Assembly: GCF_022539665.2 (NCBI RefSeq)
Contig: NC_081331.1
Coordinates: 10,478,001 to 10,542,000 of the forward strand
Length of the DNA: 64,000 nt
Direction: 5' to 3'
Source of the DNA: Daphnia carinata
Lineage: Eukaryota
In this document: in pieces, positions 1 through 29,606 of the stretch
How positions within the stretch are numbered: position 1 is the stretch's first letter
Layout: each line of letters starts with the position of its first letter
Notes under the pieces: model-generated
Database searches by the model: none
The model's input: only the letters and a program-made list of their open reading frames with translations
Told to the model about the DNA's origin: nothing
Position numbers and translations under genes: made by a program

Positions 1-2745
1 GCGAGCCGTTGGGTAAGCGATAACTGAACGGCGGATGCTGCGTCGCAATAAGGATCACCGAACATGTCCAGTACGGCAGGGTGGTTCATTTCGTCTCCAG
101 CAAGGCTCAACAGCAGCGCGTCGTTGATTCCGCCTTCGTTCAGGCACAGCCTCAGGTATGGACTGGTTGTTCCGAAATAATGATCAATTATTTTACATTC
201 TGCACATATGAAGGTATACTATTCACATAAATGGAAGCTCTGGAATTCGCAGAAAGGCTCGTAGACATAAAGGGAATGTTCGCTATTTCTTTTCTTTGGT
301 CTTCTGCGTAAATGTTCATTTATAAGTCAAGGATTCCAAATTAAGGGATATCTGCCTTGTATACTGAGCAAATCGCTAGAGGGCGCATGGAAATTGGATC
401 GTAATTGGATAACGTGAAACTACTCCACATTGCTACTTGTACAACAGAATACGCATTTACAAAAGCGTCGTGGTAAGATCAAAGCCAAAGAAACCCATCC
501 TTCCATTTCCAGCCTATACAATCCATGTACACCAATTATTCCTGTATGTAGGTCAAGACGATGCTTTACAATGGGATCGGATGACTAGAGTATGCAATCT
601 TGTTTTAGTCCTGGAGGATTTCTCTTTTACGCCGAAACAGTGTCATCTGACGTTTAGGCGTGGCATTCACGCCTGTCATAGACGTTTTTCATAATTGACG
701 TGACGGCGCTTTCTGCAGCTATTTGATAAAAACAAGAGCCGGATTTCCGTCTTGCACCCAGGAAAATACTTCCCTGCAGACGTGAATGATCAATGACGTG
801 TTATGTATCGGGGTTTTGAAATCCCCTCAAGCAGTAACAAAAAAAAAACAATACTAATTATGTGATTGCATACTTTGATAGGCTGAAGTGTGATGCCATC
901 AGCGACGACGTGGATCCCAAATGTGAATTAGCTGACAGTTGGCGTTCCATGACCTTGTTATTATCGGGTTGGTGCAGATGATCGGAAGTTGAAGACAGCC
1001 AGAGGCTATTAGGAACTTTAGATGGAACGGAAAGAAAAGTCGATCGAGATGAGCTTCTGGACAACATTCCCGAATGAAGATGTGAAGAAGGTTTGTTGGC
1101 TGAGCCGTCCGATCGTGAATCGACGTTCTCTATGCAGGACTCACTACGAACCGAGCCGAAACTGGGATTGCGTGAATGTGAATATCCAAGTTCGTGATCG
1201 GCTAGAAAATGTGATGATTCTTGCGAATCGTAACTGCAGCTGTGTTCGCTGATCATGGACGAGTGTTCGTCGAAACCCCGATCAATGTTGGGCTGCTGAT
1301 AGACATCCTTTTGAACGCAGATCTTGGGTGAAGATGTTTTTTGTTTACGACCGACCGTTGTAATCAGAGTTCCAGTTGAATCGGACCAGCTGGCCGCCGA
1401 ATTGTTAGTCTCTTCCACCTCCATCTGTTGTTCACACTCACTAGGCAACGATCGAATCTTTTGGAAATGTTCTGATCGTGGCCAACCATCCAAGCTGTAA
1501 TCCACAGGCAAAAAATTTCGGTGGTGCCTGTAGTAAATAATCACATAAAGATTCTTTTTGTTATCGTGAAACCACACAGCAAATTGGGGTCAAATGGAAA
1601 ATTGATGGTCCCCTCGTGGTTGCCTTGACTTTTTACATTTCCTTTGGAACGTAAAAAGTAGTGCGGATGAGCGCCTTTTTTATTTTTAGAAAATATACGT
1701 CTAGCACAGAGAAGAAAACAAGCAGTTCACGAAACAAAGCCGCTCAGCCATCCTTGGAATTCACTGGGAATCCATCTTGCAGTTTAACAATGATGCAGCC
1801 GAAAGGATGAAAGCTACCCAACAATTAGCTGCTATAATTTGAAAGCGGGGTAAGGAACGCATTTCCATACAAATCAAACATTAAGCCACTTCGCATTGTC
1901 ATTATTATTATTGTGCATGGCACTATTGCTCTCTCTAATCTACGTCTAACACGTATCAGCCATCAGCGTTACCGTCGGCGTTTCTAGTCGCCCTCATCAC
2001 GCATTCATAAGGAAAATATTGATTTTTGGCTGGAACTAACCCTCAGCACGATGCACGCCATGCTGTTTTTAATGGCATAAATGAAAGTCCGCCCTTACAT
2101 ACTGTAGTTAAAAGCTTTTTCTAGAAACATGGATACGTCTAGAATTTAGTCTGACCTTTTCTGAGGTAGGAATTTGGATGACGTTGATGTAGAATTAACT
2201 TGTGACTGATCGCTTTTTTGCTCTCCAGTGCCGTGCACGCTATTTTCAACGATGGAGGGTTTATCTTCTTTCAAGTTTGGCTGATGCTTCTCCAGACTGC
2301 TGCGCAGACTTCCTAGTTTCATCCGGCTTGGCACAGTTAAGTGATTCGCCGACAGGTCCAATACGAAGGATTGTTCGTGCAACTTGTTGTCTATCACGGT
2401 GGGACTCGCCAGCTGAGAATCGATGCCGGAATCCGAGAGTTGGCTAGCGCTTCGACTTGTGAGTTGTTCAATCTGCCCCAGCCGGGAGCAAATTTCTTCC
2501 GGCGCCAGTTTTACTAGAGAAGTATCCGACTGATTTGAATCGTTACTAGACCATATTTGCACTATAGGATTGTCTGATGAAGTATCCTGATTAAGAACGG
2601 TGATGTGCCAATCGGGCATTGTAGATCGATCAGCTAACGAATCACTTTCACAGCTTTGCTCGTTCGTAACGTTGTCTAGCACTTCTTCCTTTCCTGTAGC
2701 CAGTCCTTTGACCGGAACCACATCCGGTAAGCGAGTGTCTGCCAT
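1..2745 (-). CDS. Unidentified Ser-rich protein, 5' part (gene continues off the left edge)
   Basis: Long ORFs 2146-2745 and 858-1577 join in frame via AG|GTCAGA (~2156) to TACAG|C (~1494), giving ...QK-S-LDGWPR. Donor AA|GTATGC (~873) joins acceptor CCAG|T at 162 in phase, giving an open frame NPYLRLCLNEGGINDALLLSLAGDEMNHPAVLDMFGDPYCDAASAVQLSLTQRL to the window edge. No family recognised; the exon joins are inferred. Confidence 0.5.
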
Positions 2746-4564
2746 GAAAACAGCCTAGCGTTTCTTTCACATTAACCTTGGTTCCATCGTTAGATTCTAT
2801 GACGTTGATGGCATTATAGTTGAAAGTAGAAAGTTTTCTCCGTTGTGAGGATTTGGGCGGCCAATAGTTCTAAGGAAAATGAAAAGCTCGTCAGTGGTAT
2901 AATGCCATGCATTTTGATTATATATATATATATATATAGCCATTACGGACGAGTTTTAGATAGCATGATCCGCTCACATAACTTTCCTCATGCATCTTCA
3001 TTGATTTTACAGTGCAACCAATAAGCAAACGAACGCGTTGAGCCGCTACTATTCTTGAGCTCTAAAGTGGGTAATGCAATTTTGAATGGCCCTGACTTGA
3101 AGCTATCTGGCGGAAAACCGTTTAGACATTTCGATGTTGATAGCTGCATTTTATATAGGCTTTTGCAATTGGATGTCAAACATGAAATAGAAGATTGTTA
3201 AAACAAAAAATAAGGTCACGGAAGCAAACAACCATCCAGTGTGGTCTTTATGTTGCTATAAATATAACCCCGGGAAGGAAAACTCTTATTCCCGTTCTGC
3301 TCTAAAGACTTCAAGTCGTGATGGATGGCGTTTTTCTTCCTCGACAGATGTTAGGGCAACTTCTCACGAGTTTCTTTCTTTTTTTGGATAACCCCCTATT
3401 CTAGCACTGTACTGTGTCTTTCCCAACGCTCTGTCCCAGTTTAGATCATGCTGTGCGACACACATAAATGCTTCCATCGTTGCCTTGCCAACAACTGAAA
3501 CATGCGTTGTCCTTCGCTTTTCCTTTTGTTTGTTTCTTTTCTTTTGCACTTGACAGTTGTGTCAATCCTAATGCTAAGAGATTCAAATGTACACTGTCCA
3601 CGTGTTGTCCACTTAGGCGAATCGGCTAGACAGGACATCGAAAATCGATGGCTGATTCTTTTGTTTATATCCCGTTTCTATGCCTACTGTTTTACCTGTG
3701 TGCACGTTCCAAAGTTTTTGGAATGATGATACAAGTCCAGTACCACAGTCTTAATCAATGGATGCACAGATAATAACAAAGTCTGCAGTCAATAGTTTCT
3801 GGTCGGAAGGTTACGCTGGAGCAAACGGATGCACTACGTGATGATCATCGCAAGCTGACGATGGGGCGTCGCGAGGCGTGCGACGCCTAGCTCTCCTCTG
3901 AATGACGTCCGATCCCAAACTGAATTCACGTACTAGACTAGCAAGTGCCTATAACAAGAAAAGGGGATGAAGAATGCGGGACTTGGATGTATCGCAGCGA
4001 CGGCGCTTTAATGACCAGTAAACAGAAAGATTGGGCCACTAGTTGCGTTCGGTTTTCCACTTTTGTTTTTTTCGTTATTTTTCCAAAATTTTCGTTGATT
4101 TTCCTTATCATCGATCCAGGTAAGACATCTCTACCGATCTAACTGCATTGTATGTATATTTCTTATAGCAACATTGTTATAGCCTGCGCACGCACCCAAA
4201 CGGATCGCTCCTCGACTATCTCATAGCTCTTGTGGGTTCTGTATTGCGAACAGGGTAAAATAGAACTATTCCTAGTCATCTATGTTTTTCACTGTGAATG
4301 GTATATTTAATGGTTTAATTTTATTTAATTGCTTTTTCATAGGCCAGACATCCACAAGAAAAAAAAAATGGACAGAAGAAGCTTCTGGATGCTATGGAAA
4401 CGGACATTCGTTAAAGACATCCTAAAAAAAAGTCTGCGACAATTTTCTTCACGGCCCAAATGCAACGACGTTGACAGCCACAAACAATGAGTCTACAATT
4501 TCACAATTTTTGAGAATTTTGTATTCATTGGATCCGTGTGTGTATGAGAAGAGTGTATCAGTGA

Positions 4565-5812
<1,248 letters not shown>

Positions 5813-6257
5813 ATTCTATCAGACTTAAGTTCCAATAATGTGTTGATATAAGAACAAATGAAATTGCTCGTTGGTTATAATGACCGGTAAAAAACAATCT
5901 TCCCGTCAAAGAGCCAATTCACGCTCCGCACAATTTAGATTTCCACTAACTTTACAGTGCTACGTTGCCGCAATTAACTCTCTTACCACTTTAAAATTGC
6001 AAGATTCTATAAAAGTAAAACACAATTTTGTCGTGCAAAAATATACTAATATTGCAAAAAGCTTTGGAATCATTAATATTATTCATGTATTATTTTGAAA
6101 AAGGTAAGTTACACAGAGATTGCGACGTTGGACAAGATCCAAAAATTCAACGTCAAAGGATTTAAAGCAAAGCGACGTCCCTGCCGTTTATTTGACGTTG
6201 AAACAAATAAGCTTAACTAGTTAACTAAAATCTCAAGTGTACTAGTTACAACACAAA

Positions 6258-6717
6258 ATGGCGTTGACTAAATCTGTTTTTGCTCTGAGATTTTCTCGTA
6301 ATATCCCAATTATGAGGTACGTTCGTATTTCCTAATACATAGTTTTATCTTTGCCGAAGTTCAAAAATAAACAATTTCGTTGTCCTGTTTTCATGTTCTT
6401 AGTCGTTTAGCTTACAGCCAAGATGGTGGAGCTGGTGCTATTAGAGAGGCAGGAGGGACATTCGGTAAAAAAGAAGCAGCTGATGAGGAGCGTTACTTCC
6501 GTAAAATGGTGGGTTTCAGTTAGTCCTATTGCATCAGATTATCTGGTAATGTGTGTTTATGATAAATGTATAACAGCAAGCAGAACAACTGAAAAAACTT
6601 AAAGATCATCTTGATGAAGAGATCTTGTTTCATCAGAACCGTGTAAAGGAACACCAGGATGCCATTACTACCCACCAACAGAGGATTGCAGAGTTGGAAC
6701 AAAAAAAGAAAGCGTAA
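6258..6717 (+). CDS. ATP5IF1: Mitochondrial ATP synthase inhibitory factor IF1, 3 exons (missed by the ORF track)
   Basis: Spliced translation [101 protein letters not shown]. It has the IF1 signature [22 protein letters not shown], a His-rich coiled coil and a basic transit peptide. Confidence 0.95.
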
Positions 6718-7256
6718 GCCAATGCACATGATAGACGTAAGTCAATGTCTTCAATGCAGAAAGATTTTGAAGTTGGGTAGCCTTTCATGTATATCACAAA
6801 ATACAATCTAGTTTACAGTGAAGTTACACAGTTTGTTGTTTACCTTCAAGTGAACATTGTAATTTGTAGATTCAAAAAGTATTTTAAAAGAAAAACATGC
6901 AGAAATTAAACTATAAGAAAACAAATCTTATCTTTAAATTATAATTTTAACAATTCTAGTACCACAGTCTAAAGTTATTCACAAGAAATCCTCAACATTG
7001 TATTTTTTCATTTAAAGGAGCTCAGAAAAGTTATTGCTCGTAATCAAATATGATCAACAGTTAAAAATCAATTGCCTGAATAAGTGTTCTGTTTAAGCAA
7101 AGTCTTGAATGGCTTTCAAGTAGTGTACCAAACTTGAACCTTTCAAAGGACGAAAATTTAAACTTATCGTTAAAGAGGGTTTATTTCCAAATACTTCATG
7201 GTCGCTTTTGTGTTGAGCGTTGCTACAGCATCGCGGCCAATACATTTCCAGAGGTA

Positions 7257-7544
7257 TTACTTAACTTTTCCTTTCTGCGTACATTTTCTTAACTGGCCCA
7301 CACAATTTAGTTGGCATTTAACAGCGGAATATAAGTGAAGTAGTCGAAAGCTATTCATGAAAAGGCTGACGCCACCTGATTCCTTGCTAAATGTTCTAAA
7401 ATGAAGTTGATAGCCAAGAAACGTCAAGCAGCGAATCATTTCGATCCATGGGAACCAGGAGCTTTGGTTGTAACGAAGTCTAGCGCTGACTAAAAGGAGG
7501 ACGATGTAGGCACCGGCAGCGCAGAAGAACAAGCCATCGAACTC
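7257..7544 (-). CDS. Duplicated (alternative) terminal exon of the alkylglycerol monooxygenase gene
   Basis: Acceptor TTTCCTAG|GAGTTCGATGGC; 288 bp including stop, the same length as AGMO last exon 8085-8372; about 50/95 identical residues including SWFPWIEMIRCL; AATAAA on the minus strand at ~7180-7185. Confidence 0.7.
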   Translation of the reverse strand, partial: EFDGLFFCAAGAYIVLLLVSARLRYNQSSWFPWIEMIRCLTFLGYQLHFRTFSKESGGVSLFMNSFRLLHLYSAVKCQLNCVGQLRKCTQKGKVK

Positions 7545-8084
7545 CTAGGAAAGGTAACGCTAATTTAAAGGAATTAATCTTGCCGGAAATAGTATCTAAC
7601 CTTGAAAAAGTAACTAAGTGAAGCAAAATATTGCTCAACGCCAGCTGAAATTATGCCCATCTTATGGCTGTGTATTCGCTGTGACAACGTTTGTAAGCAG
7701 GATACATCAACCTCGTAAAGAAGAGAATTACATTGTTGTCATAGCAAGAGCTAGAAAAGAAGTCGATCTAATACATCAATATTATAGCGGGATTTTGTGG
7801 AAAACTGGTTATGACAAAACTTTCGAATGGTAAAACTCAGGATCCTCCCTTACGTATTCACCAGGTAATGAACTAGAACAGGTTTGTTTCGACCAATTTT
7901 GTAAACTGGTAAAACAACTTCTAATCCGGTTTTTGTTTCAGAATCGCCACAGTCATAATTGGTACATGAACAGTTGCTCTCGGGATCAAAGATCAAAAAT
8001 AGGATTAATCCTACACGTTAACGCTGCTTCGATATAATGTATTTCTTCGCTATATTTTTAGTTGCAAGGACAGTGTTTGGGAGC

Positions 8085-10197
8085 TTATTTAATTTTGTCT
8101 TTTTGCATGTTGTCTCTAAATTGGCGAACGCACTCAATTTTGCATTGCAGTGCAGAATATAGGTAAAAAAGCCTAATGCCGTTCATGATTAAATTCATCC
8201 CAATGGTTTCCGTTAGGAATAGCTCAAAATGCAGCTGGTAGGCAAGGAAAACCAAACAGCGAATCATTTCAATCCACGGAAACCAAGAATTTCGATTGAA
8301 GAGCAGTCCAATGCTGATTAACGAGACAATAACATAGGCGCAGCATCCGTACAATAGCCATCCGTCAAATTCCTGAGACAAGGTATGATTTTTTTTTAAA
8401 ACCATCTTTCGAATACCATGCCTTAAATCTTGTTTAGCCTACTTCATAATGAGTTGCCATCGCACGATAACCCTCACTCAACAACAGAAAATGAATTGCC
8501 GCGTAGATTTGGTCGTGCGGGGTAAGCGGGTGAGAAAATTTCTCCCTTATAATCGTCTAGAAAATGTGCAAATGTTAAATTCGTTTTCAATTCATTTTTT
8601 ACTGCGTTTAGAATACTTCAGGAAGCTGGTCGTAATGGCCGAGCTTAGGAGACCCGGGAACCCATCCGGGACCGTAAAAGATGGCTTTAAACTTGTCGGT
8701 TACTGTTGACATAGATTGCATCTTTTCAAAGACTTTACGAAGGTAAAAGAACTAACATATAGGTAATTAGGTTTCTGTGTGACAGAAAAAAAAGAATAAG
8801 ATATAATTTGTTACCTCTAGATAAAATGGATTGAAAGAGTCCACTTGCTCAATCAGTCCATAAACTAAAGGTTCATCTCTTCGCTCGGCCTCAAATGTCC
8901 CAAACATGCGATCCCAGATTATGAGCACACCAGCGTAATTTTTATCCACGCAATAACGAGTGGATCCTGAATAGGAAAAAAACCAAAATAATCCAATGAC
9001 TTACCGTTACAGCACTTTTAAATTACCGTGATGCACCCGATGGTGGGATGGAGTATTTAAAACCCATTCGAGCGGACCAAGGTTATCAATAACCTCTGTG
9101 TGAATCCAAAATTGAAATAGAAGATTGAATTGGGAGTGAACGAAAAATTGACTCGGGGGGATGAAGAATGCCATTGGCAGGTAGTAAAACTGGAATCGAA
9201 AGAAGACAGTAAGAATTGACTTTAAATAATTTAATCTTTGTGCCTATCCTAGGCCTACCATGGTAGTAAATCCCTGCCAAACACCTTGTCTAAGCGCGGT
9301 CGTCAGATTGTATTCCTCCGAGCTGTGGTGGACCTGAGAGATTGTCATTTATTAAACATTACGAGGATTTTGCATTAATATTTTCAAGAAGTTCAGGCAC
9401 CTGATGCTGTGACCAGAATAAGTTCACCTCTATTCTCACCATATAATTTTAAAAAGTAATCATATTATTGAACAAAAACGATTGGACTCATCTATCAAAA
9501 TAATTTGAATACCCTTCATAGTTTTATACCGTGAGTTGCACGATGAGCCCAGTAATAACCCAAATCCATTCCTACTGCACAAGCAAGCCAGGTCCATAAA
9601 GAATCCCAAGGAAGCTCATAAAGGCGGTAATTCTCATAGATGTAAACATACGCAGCTGTTTCTGCACCACGAAAAGCGATGCTATTGGTATAAAAATCAT
9701 AAATTTTATTATATAACTTAATTTGTTCTAATTTCGTAATATATTTCACTGATTTATCTCCATAAACAATCCGCATGCCATAGAAGTGATGCAGTCATTG
9801 ATAGGAGGTGCCTTGCCTTTTTTGCGCAGAAGAATTCGTTCGATAATGATTAACACAATAAACCACGAAGAAGCCTAAAAGATCACGTGTAAATTATTAA
9901 TTTAAAATATTTTTTGTATTTTAGCAAGATTTTCCTTTTGTTTTTTCCATTTCGTTCTGCAAGAAAAAAAAAGAAGTATTTGAATAAGAGACTTGCCCGA
10001 CTGACATAATGAGGAACCTCATCCGTCGTACGAAAACTTGTCTACATGTGAGAAAAAAGAATTATAGTCAACAATTTTGGTTTAAATTTCCTACAGTCAA
10101 CCGTGCTCACCTTAAAAGGATTAACTACATAGAAAAGGTGGCCTAAGCCTTCGATTCCAGACGTAATAGTGTCCATAGACACTATATCTACCGTCAT
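8085..10197 (-). CDS. AGMO: Alkylglycerol monooxygenase (TMEM195; fatty-acid hydroxylase His-box family), multi-exon
   Basis: His-box motifs YYWAHRATH-EVN, HQVHHSSEEYNLTTALRQ, FWIHTE, NTPSHHRVHHG, and DKNYAGVLIIWDRMFGTF. Start ATG is at 10197 or in frame at 10176. Confidence 0.95.
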
Positions 10198-11062
10198 GGC
10201 GTTTGACAGAATAAATCTAGCCCTTCTAAAAATCTCGTTTTAATACCAATACGATCAAACAAGTGTTAAGATACTAGCGCTTGTTTTTTTATCAGCAATT
10301 TGAGAGATACGACATAGAACTCAAAGTTCAATCCCAGTGTCAGTCTGGTTGCCGAGTACATTGGCCATTATTTACGTTTTGAAGCCATCTTTTTCTAGGT
10401 ACGATCGAAAAAAAAACATTCCGTAGTAGTAGTCAGGATCCGCTCGTTTGTCGTGGGGACCGCAGCTTTTTGTTTCGTGTTACATTTGCTCATAATTCTT
10501 GCATTAGATTCTGTTCTAACAATCCCATTTGAAATTCAAGAGTAACCCCAAAAGAAAGTGCAACTTTTCGTAACTCTCGACGAACGTGGTTATCGTAATT
10601 CGAATTTGGATTGTCGGATTGATGTGCCACATGACAGTGGCAAAAGGGAGGCCTAAGGCAAAAAAAACATCTAATAGTAAATTTTCAATTAGCTGTCAAA
10701 ATAATTACGGTTCAAGATCACTACCCAGTATTCACCGAGTTTTATTGTTATCTTAGCGCTTCGTGAGCTTTCATGTAAGTGCAATCGTTTTCCTATTTTC
10801 AACGGATTATTGTTTGTCTTATTCCTCAAGCAATCATTTTAATACGAAAAATATAAATATTTTGCCGTTCAACTTGTTTTTGTTGTTGTTGTCGTCGTTT
10901 TTTTTTTTTTTTTTAGTTTCAGCTTTGATTTGATTTTGTTTGTTTACTAAAATATCGATCATTTTCCTTTCGAAAAGTTCTTGGATTGCTCGCTTGGAGC
11001 GGAAAGAGCCATCTTTTGAGAGCACGAAGTTGCACGAAGTACAAGTACAGTTTGGTGCCGGT

Positions 11063-11086
11063 TTCTTTCCTCTCTCGTTCTTTTTT
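11063..11086 (+). promoter_or_regulatory. Polypyrimidine initiator (TCT)/5'TOP-like tract at the probable La TSS
   Basis: TTCTTTCCTCTCTCGTTCTTTTTT matches YYCTTTYY. It is followed by a non-coding exon with donor GG|GTAAGT (~11122) and acceptor TTTTACAG (~11196) upstream of the La ATG. Confidence 0.45.
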
Positions 11087-11247
11087 GACCCGCACTCTAT
11101 ACGGACACACGTGGTTGTTAGGGTAAGTACGAAATTATTCCCTAGTGTGAACCTTTTTACTATTAAGAAGCTATATAATACAAACTGTTTTTACAGCTTG
11201 CAAAATTCCTCTCTACTGAAGAAAATCCCGCATTAAAAGGTTGTGAA

Positions 11248-12885
11248 ATGGCTACAGTAAAACAGGAAAGTTCGGAAGTAGTTATCAAAACCGAACCAAA
11301 GGAGGAGAATACCAAACTTGATTCTCAAGAAATTAATGTGAAGACCGAACCAAACGAAGAGAGGGCAGAGGACATCTCAGATAAACCAATTAATGTAAAA
11401 ACTGAAGGTGATGCGACAAATGGGGATATGATTACCAGCACAGCTGAAACTACTGAGCTAGATAATAAAATTATTCGCCAAGTTGAAGTAACAGAAACTC
11501 TATTCTTTTTCTGAGAATTAGAATAATATTCTTAATGTACTTTATTTTTAGTACTATTTTGGAGACTTCAATCTTCCAAGGGATAAGTTCCTGAAAGAAC
11601 AAATTGGAGTTAATGATGGCTGGATCCCGATTGCGACCATGCTTAAATTTGCCCGTCTGTCCCAGCTGACAATGAGCCCTAAAGTTATCTTTAGTGCTTT
11701 GAAGAAATCTGATTCTGGTTTAATGGAAGTTGATGAATCTGCATCTAAGATCCGCAGGTCAAAGAACAAACCTATTCCCGAAGAAACAGCAGACTATCTG
11801 GCTCAAGTTAAGGCCCGCACAATCTATTGTAAAGGTTTCCCTAAGGAAGGAATGTCAATTGATAAGCTTCTGGACTTTTTCAAAAGCTTCCCAACAGTTT
11901 TGAATATCAAAGTTTGTATTCTTTAGTTTTACCTTCTTTGCGAAAATTTAAAATGTGTTTTTTAATGTTCCCAGATGCGTTACTTCAAGACAAAGGATGA
12001 ATCTACAAAGTTCAAAGGATCTGTCACTGCTACTTTTGCTACAAAAGAAGAAGCTTCAAAGTTTATGTCACTTGAGTCTGTTAAGTATAATGATTACACT
12101 CTTCAACGGCAATGGAGGTATGAAACATTTTAGAAGTCTAGTTACCCCATATTTATATTTATGTCCTCAGTGTTGAATGGGAAAAAGAAAAGGAGCAGGA
12201 ATACGAGGACCGACGAAAACGGAAGGAGAAAAAAGTATGTTTCTATTCATCATAAATGAATGTTAGAAATAATGAGTCTAAATTTAAAGATCACACAGGA
12301 AAATGGGAGTGCCACTAAACCTGATGAAAAGGTCACAGAGGAAAAAGAGAAAATTGTTTTGTCTCGTGGCACAGTTTTAAAACTAGTTAACCTCCCATCC
12401 GGTATCGACCGCGATGCAATTAAGCAAGGCTTTAGTACTTATCCAGCTGACATTGCTCACGTAGAAATCACTCCTGACAACACTGCCTTTGTACGACTTC
12501 GTGGGGAAAACGACGGAAAGATGGTACGCAAAACAGTTTAGGATCGTACGTTAATGGTTCAAGAATGTAAGATTTTCATTGACATCCAAAGGTTTTGGAC
12601 AAACTAGAAAACAAGAAGATTTCTATCAACGACGCATCTGTAGAAGTGAGCGTTTTGGAAGGTGAAGAAGAAGAGACCTATTTGAAAAAAGCAGAAGACA
12701 ATGTAAATAATCGAGCGAACATGGGTCGAGGTGGTTTCCGCGGACGAGGTGGACGGGGACGTGGCCGTGGTCGTGGTGGAAGAGGTGGTCGTGGAGGAGG
12801 CTATAAGGGTAAGGACCGAAAACGAGAAGGTTCACTAAGCGGAGCTCATGGAGAGGGATCATCAAAAAGGAGTCGCGACGACTGA
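11248..12885 (+). CDS. SSB: La protein (lupus La autoantigen homolog), 6 coding exons
   Basis: La motif KIIRQVE|YYFGDFNLPRDKFLKEQ...GWIPIATMLKFARL; RRM1 RTIYCKGFP...KFKGSV; RRM2; C-terminal RGG-rich tail. Confidence 0.95.
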
Positions 12886-14399
12886 GTGATACCTCAATAT
12901 CTAATTTCATGGAACTATTCCGATCCCAATGTTATCCTTTTTTTTTGTTTTTTACTTGAATTTGTTTTGATTTTTTTTTCTTATCAAGAGTCATCCCTTT
13001 TTCATTAAATTCTTTCTACGGCAATCATTTCTCAAGATATCTTGACTGATTTTGATTTTTTTGTTGACTACATCGTGTGAATGAGAATGAAAAACGAGAA
13101 AATACAAATGCTTCATATGATGCTTGAAAGCAAACAATATAATCTTAACAGAAAATTTTTTGAAACTTTTGAAGTTACTTTGACAATTGGATAAATGAAT
13201 CATAAATATTATATTTAAGTTGACGAAGAAGAAAAATTACGAATGGAATTTTTGACATTTTACAATGTGTTTGTCTTACATACGGGTACTTACCCATTAA
13301 GAAAGTTGGCGGTCATTGCCGATAAGATGGCGCGGGAGTCGTAAGAAGAGAACTAAAGAAGATTCTCGAGGATTGGCCGGATCCGCCATCCAATAGCAAG
13401 ACAGCTTCTAGTAGCCCAAGCGGTGACAAGGGAAAAAAGGGGAAGGGAAAGCCAGAAAAATTTTGCTTCCTCGCATTTTGGTCCAAAAAAGTTTTAAGAA
13501 GCAGAAATTTGCGAGTGTTAACATTTTTTAGTGTTTTGTGTCCATTCTTGTGCCTGTGAATTAACTGGAAGATTATACATTGGACTTGAAAAACGTTAGA
13601 AGGAATGATATGAAACTATCAGGTATTGTTTTGCATTGATTCGGCCTCTTGGTTCAAGACGAATCTTTTGGGGAAAAAAGAGCCAGTGAATTGGGAAAAG
13701 GCCCGCGTGGGTTTTTTCTTATAGATGTGTACTATAATGGGAACATGTCTTGTACATATGCCTTAATTTTTGTGGTGTGTAGTAGACAGGACGAATGGCC
13801 GCACTTGTAAAACCGGGTTTGACCCGCACTAGAAGCAAATGCTGCTAGGTTGAAGTCTGCTCTCTTTTCTTCATCAGCCCTCCTTCAGATTTTTCAGTTG
13901 CCGTTCATTACTCGTATCTGACAAATTTGACTCACTGAACATTCTGTACGCCATTCTTGGTAGCTTTTCCCCTTAAACCTTTTTTAGCATCTACCTCACT
14001 TACGAAAATTCTAGCTTTTTCATGACAATAAACGTTAACCGAATATGCATCGAGACGGTTAGTGCGAAGAAGCGTGCAAGGGCAAAGCAAGGGAAAGGTT
14101 GTAGCTCTTATGTGTCTCATTCTGATTAGCATAAGCGTATGGCTTTTCCCCTGCAATGTCACTTGATGAGAACTGCTTATGGCATTGTGTCAATTTATGG
14201 CATAGACTAGCTAATTAACTAGGTTATATAGCTTCTAGTGTATTCCAATTTCTATCTTGACGAGAACTACTTGTCAACTAACTTTATATTTATTTCACAG
14301 GTTAACTGTTATTTATGCTGTAAGAATTATTTATTTGCGCAAGTGCAAGTGTAACTCTGTATCATGGATTGGAGTTGAAGAGTAGAGCAGAGCAGAGCC

Positions 14400-29606
<15,207 letters not shown>

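Noticed and set aside
2919..2938. (TA)n microsatellites here and at ~39884-39903, plus long poly-A/T runs
   Set aside because: Ordinary simple repeats with no further signal.
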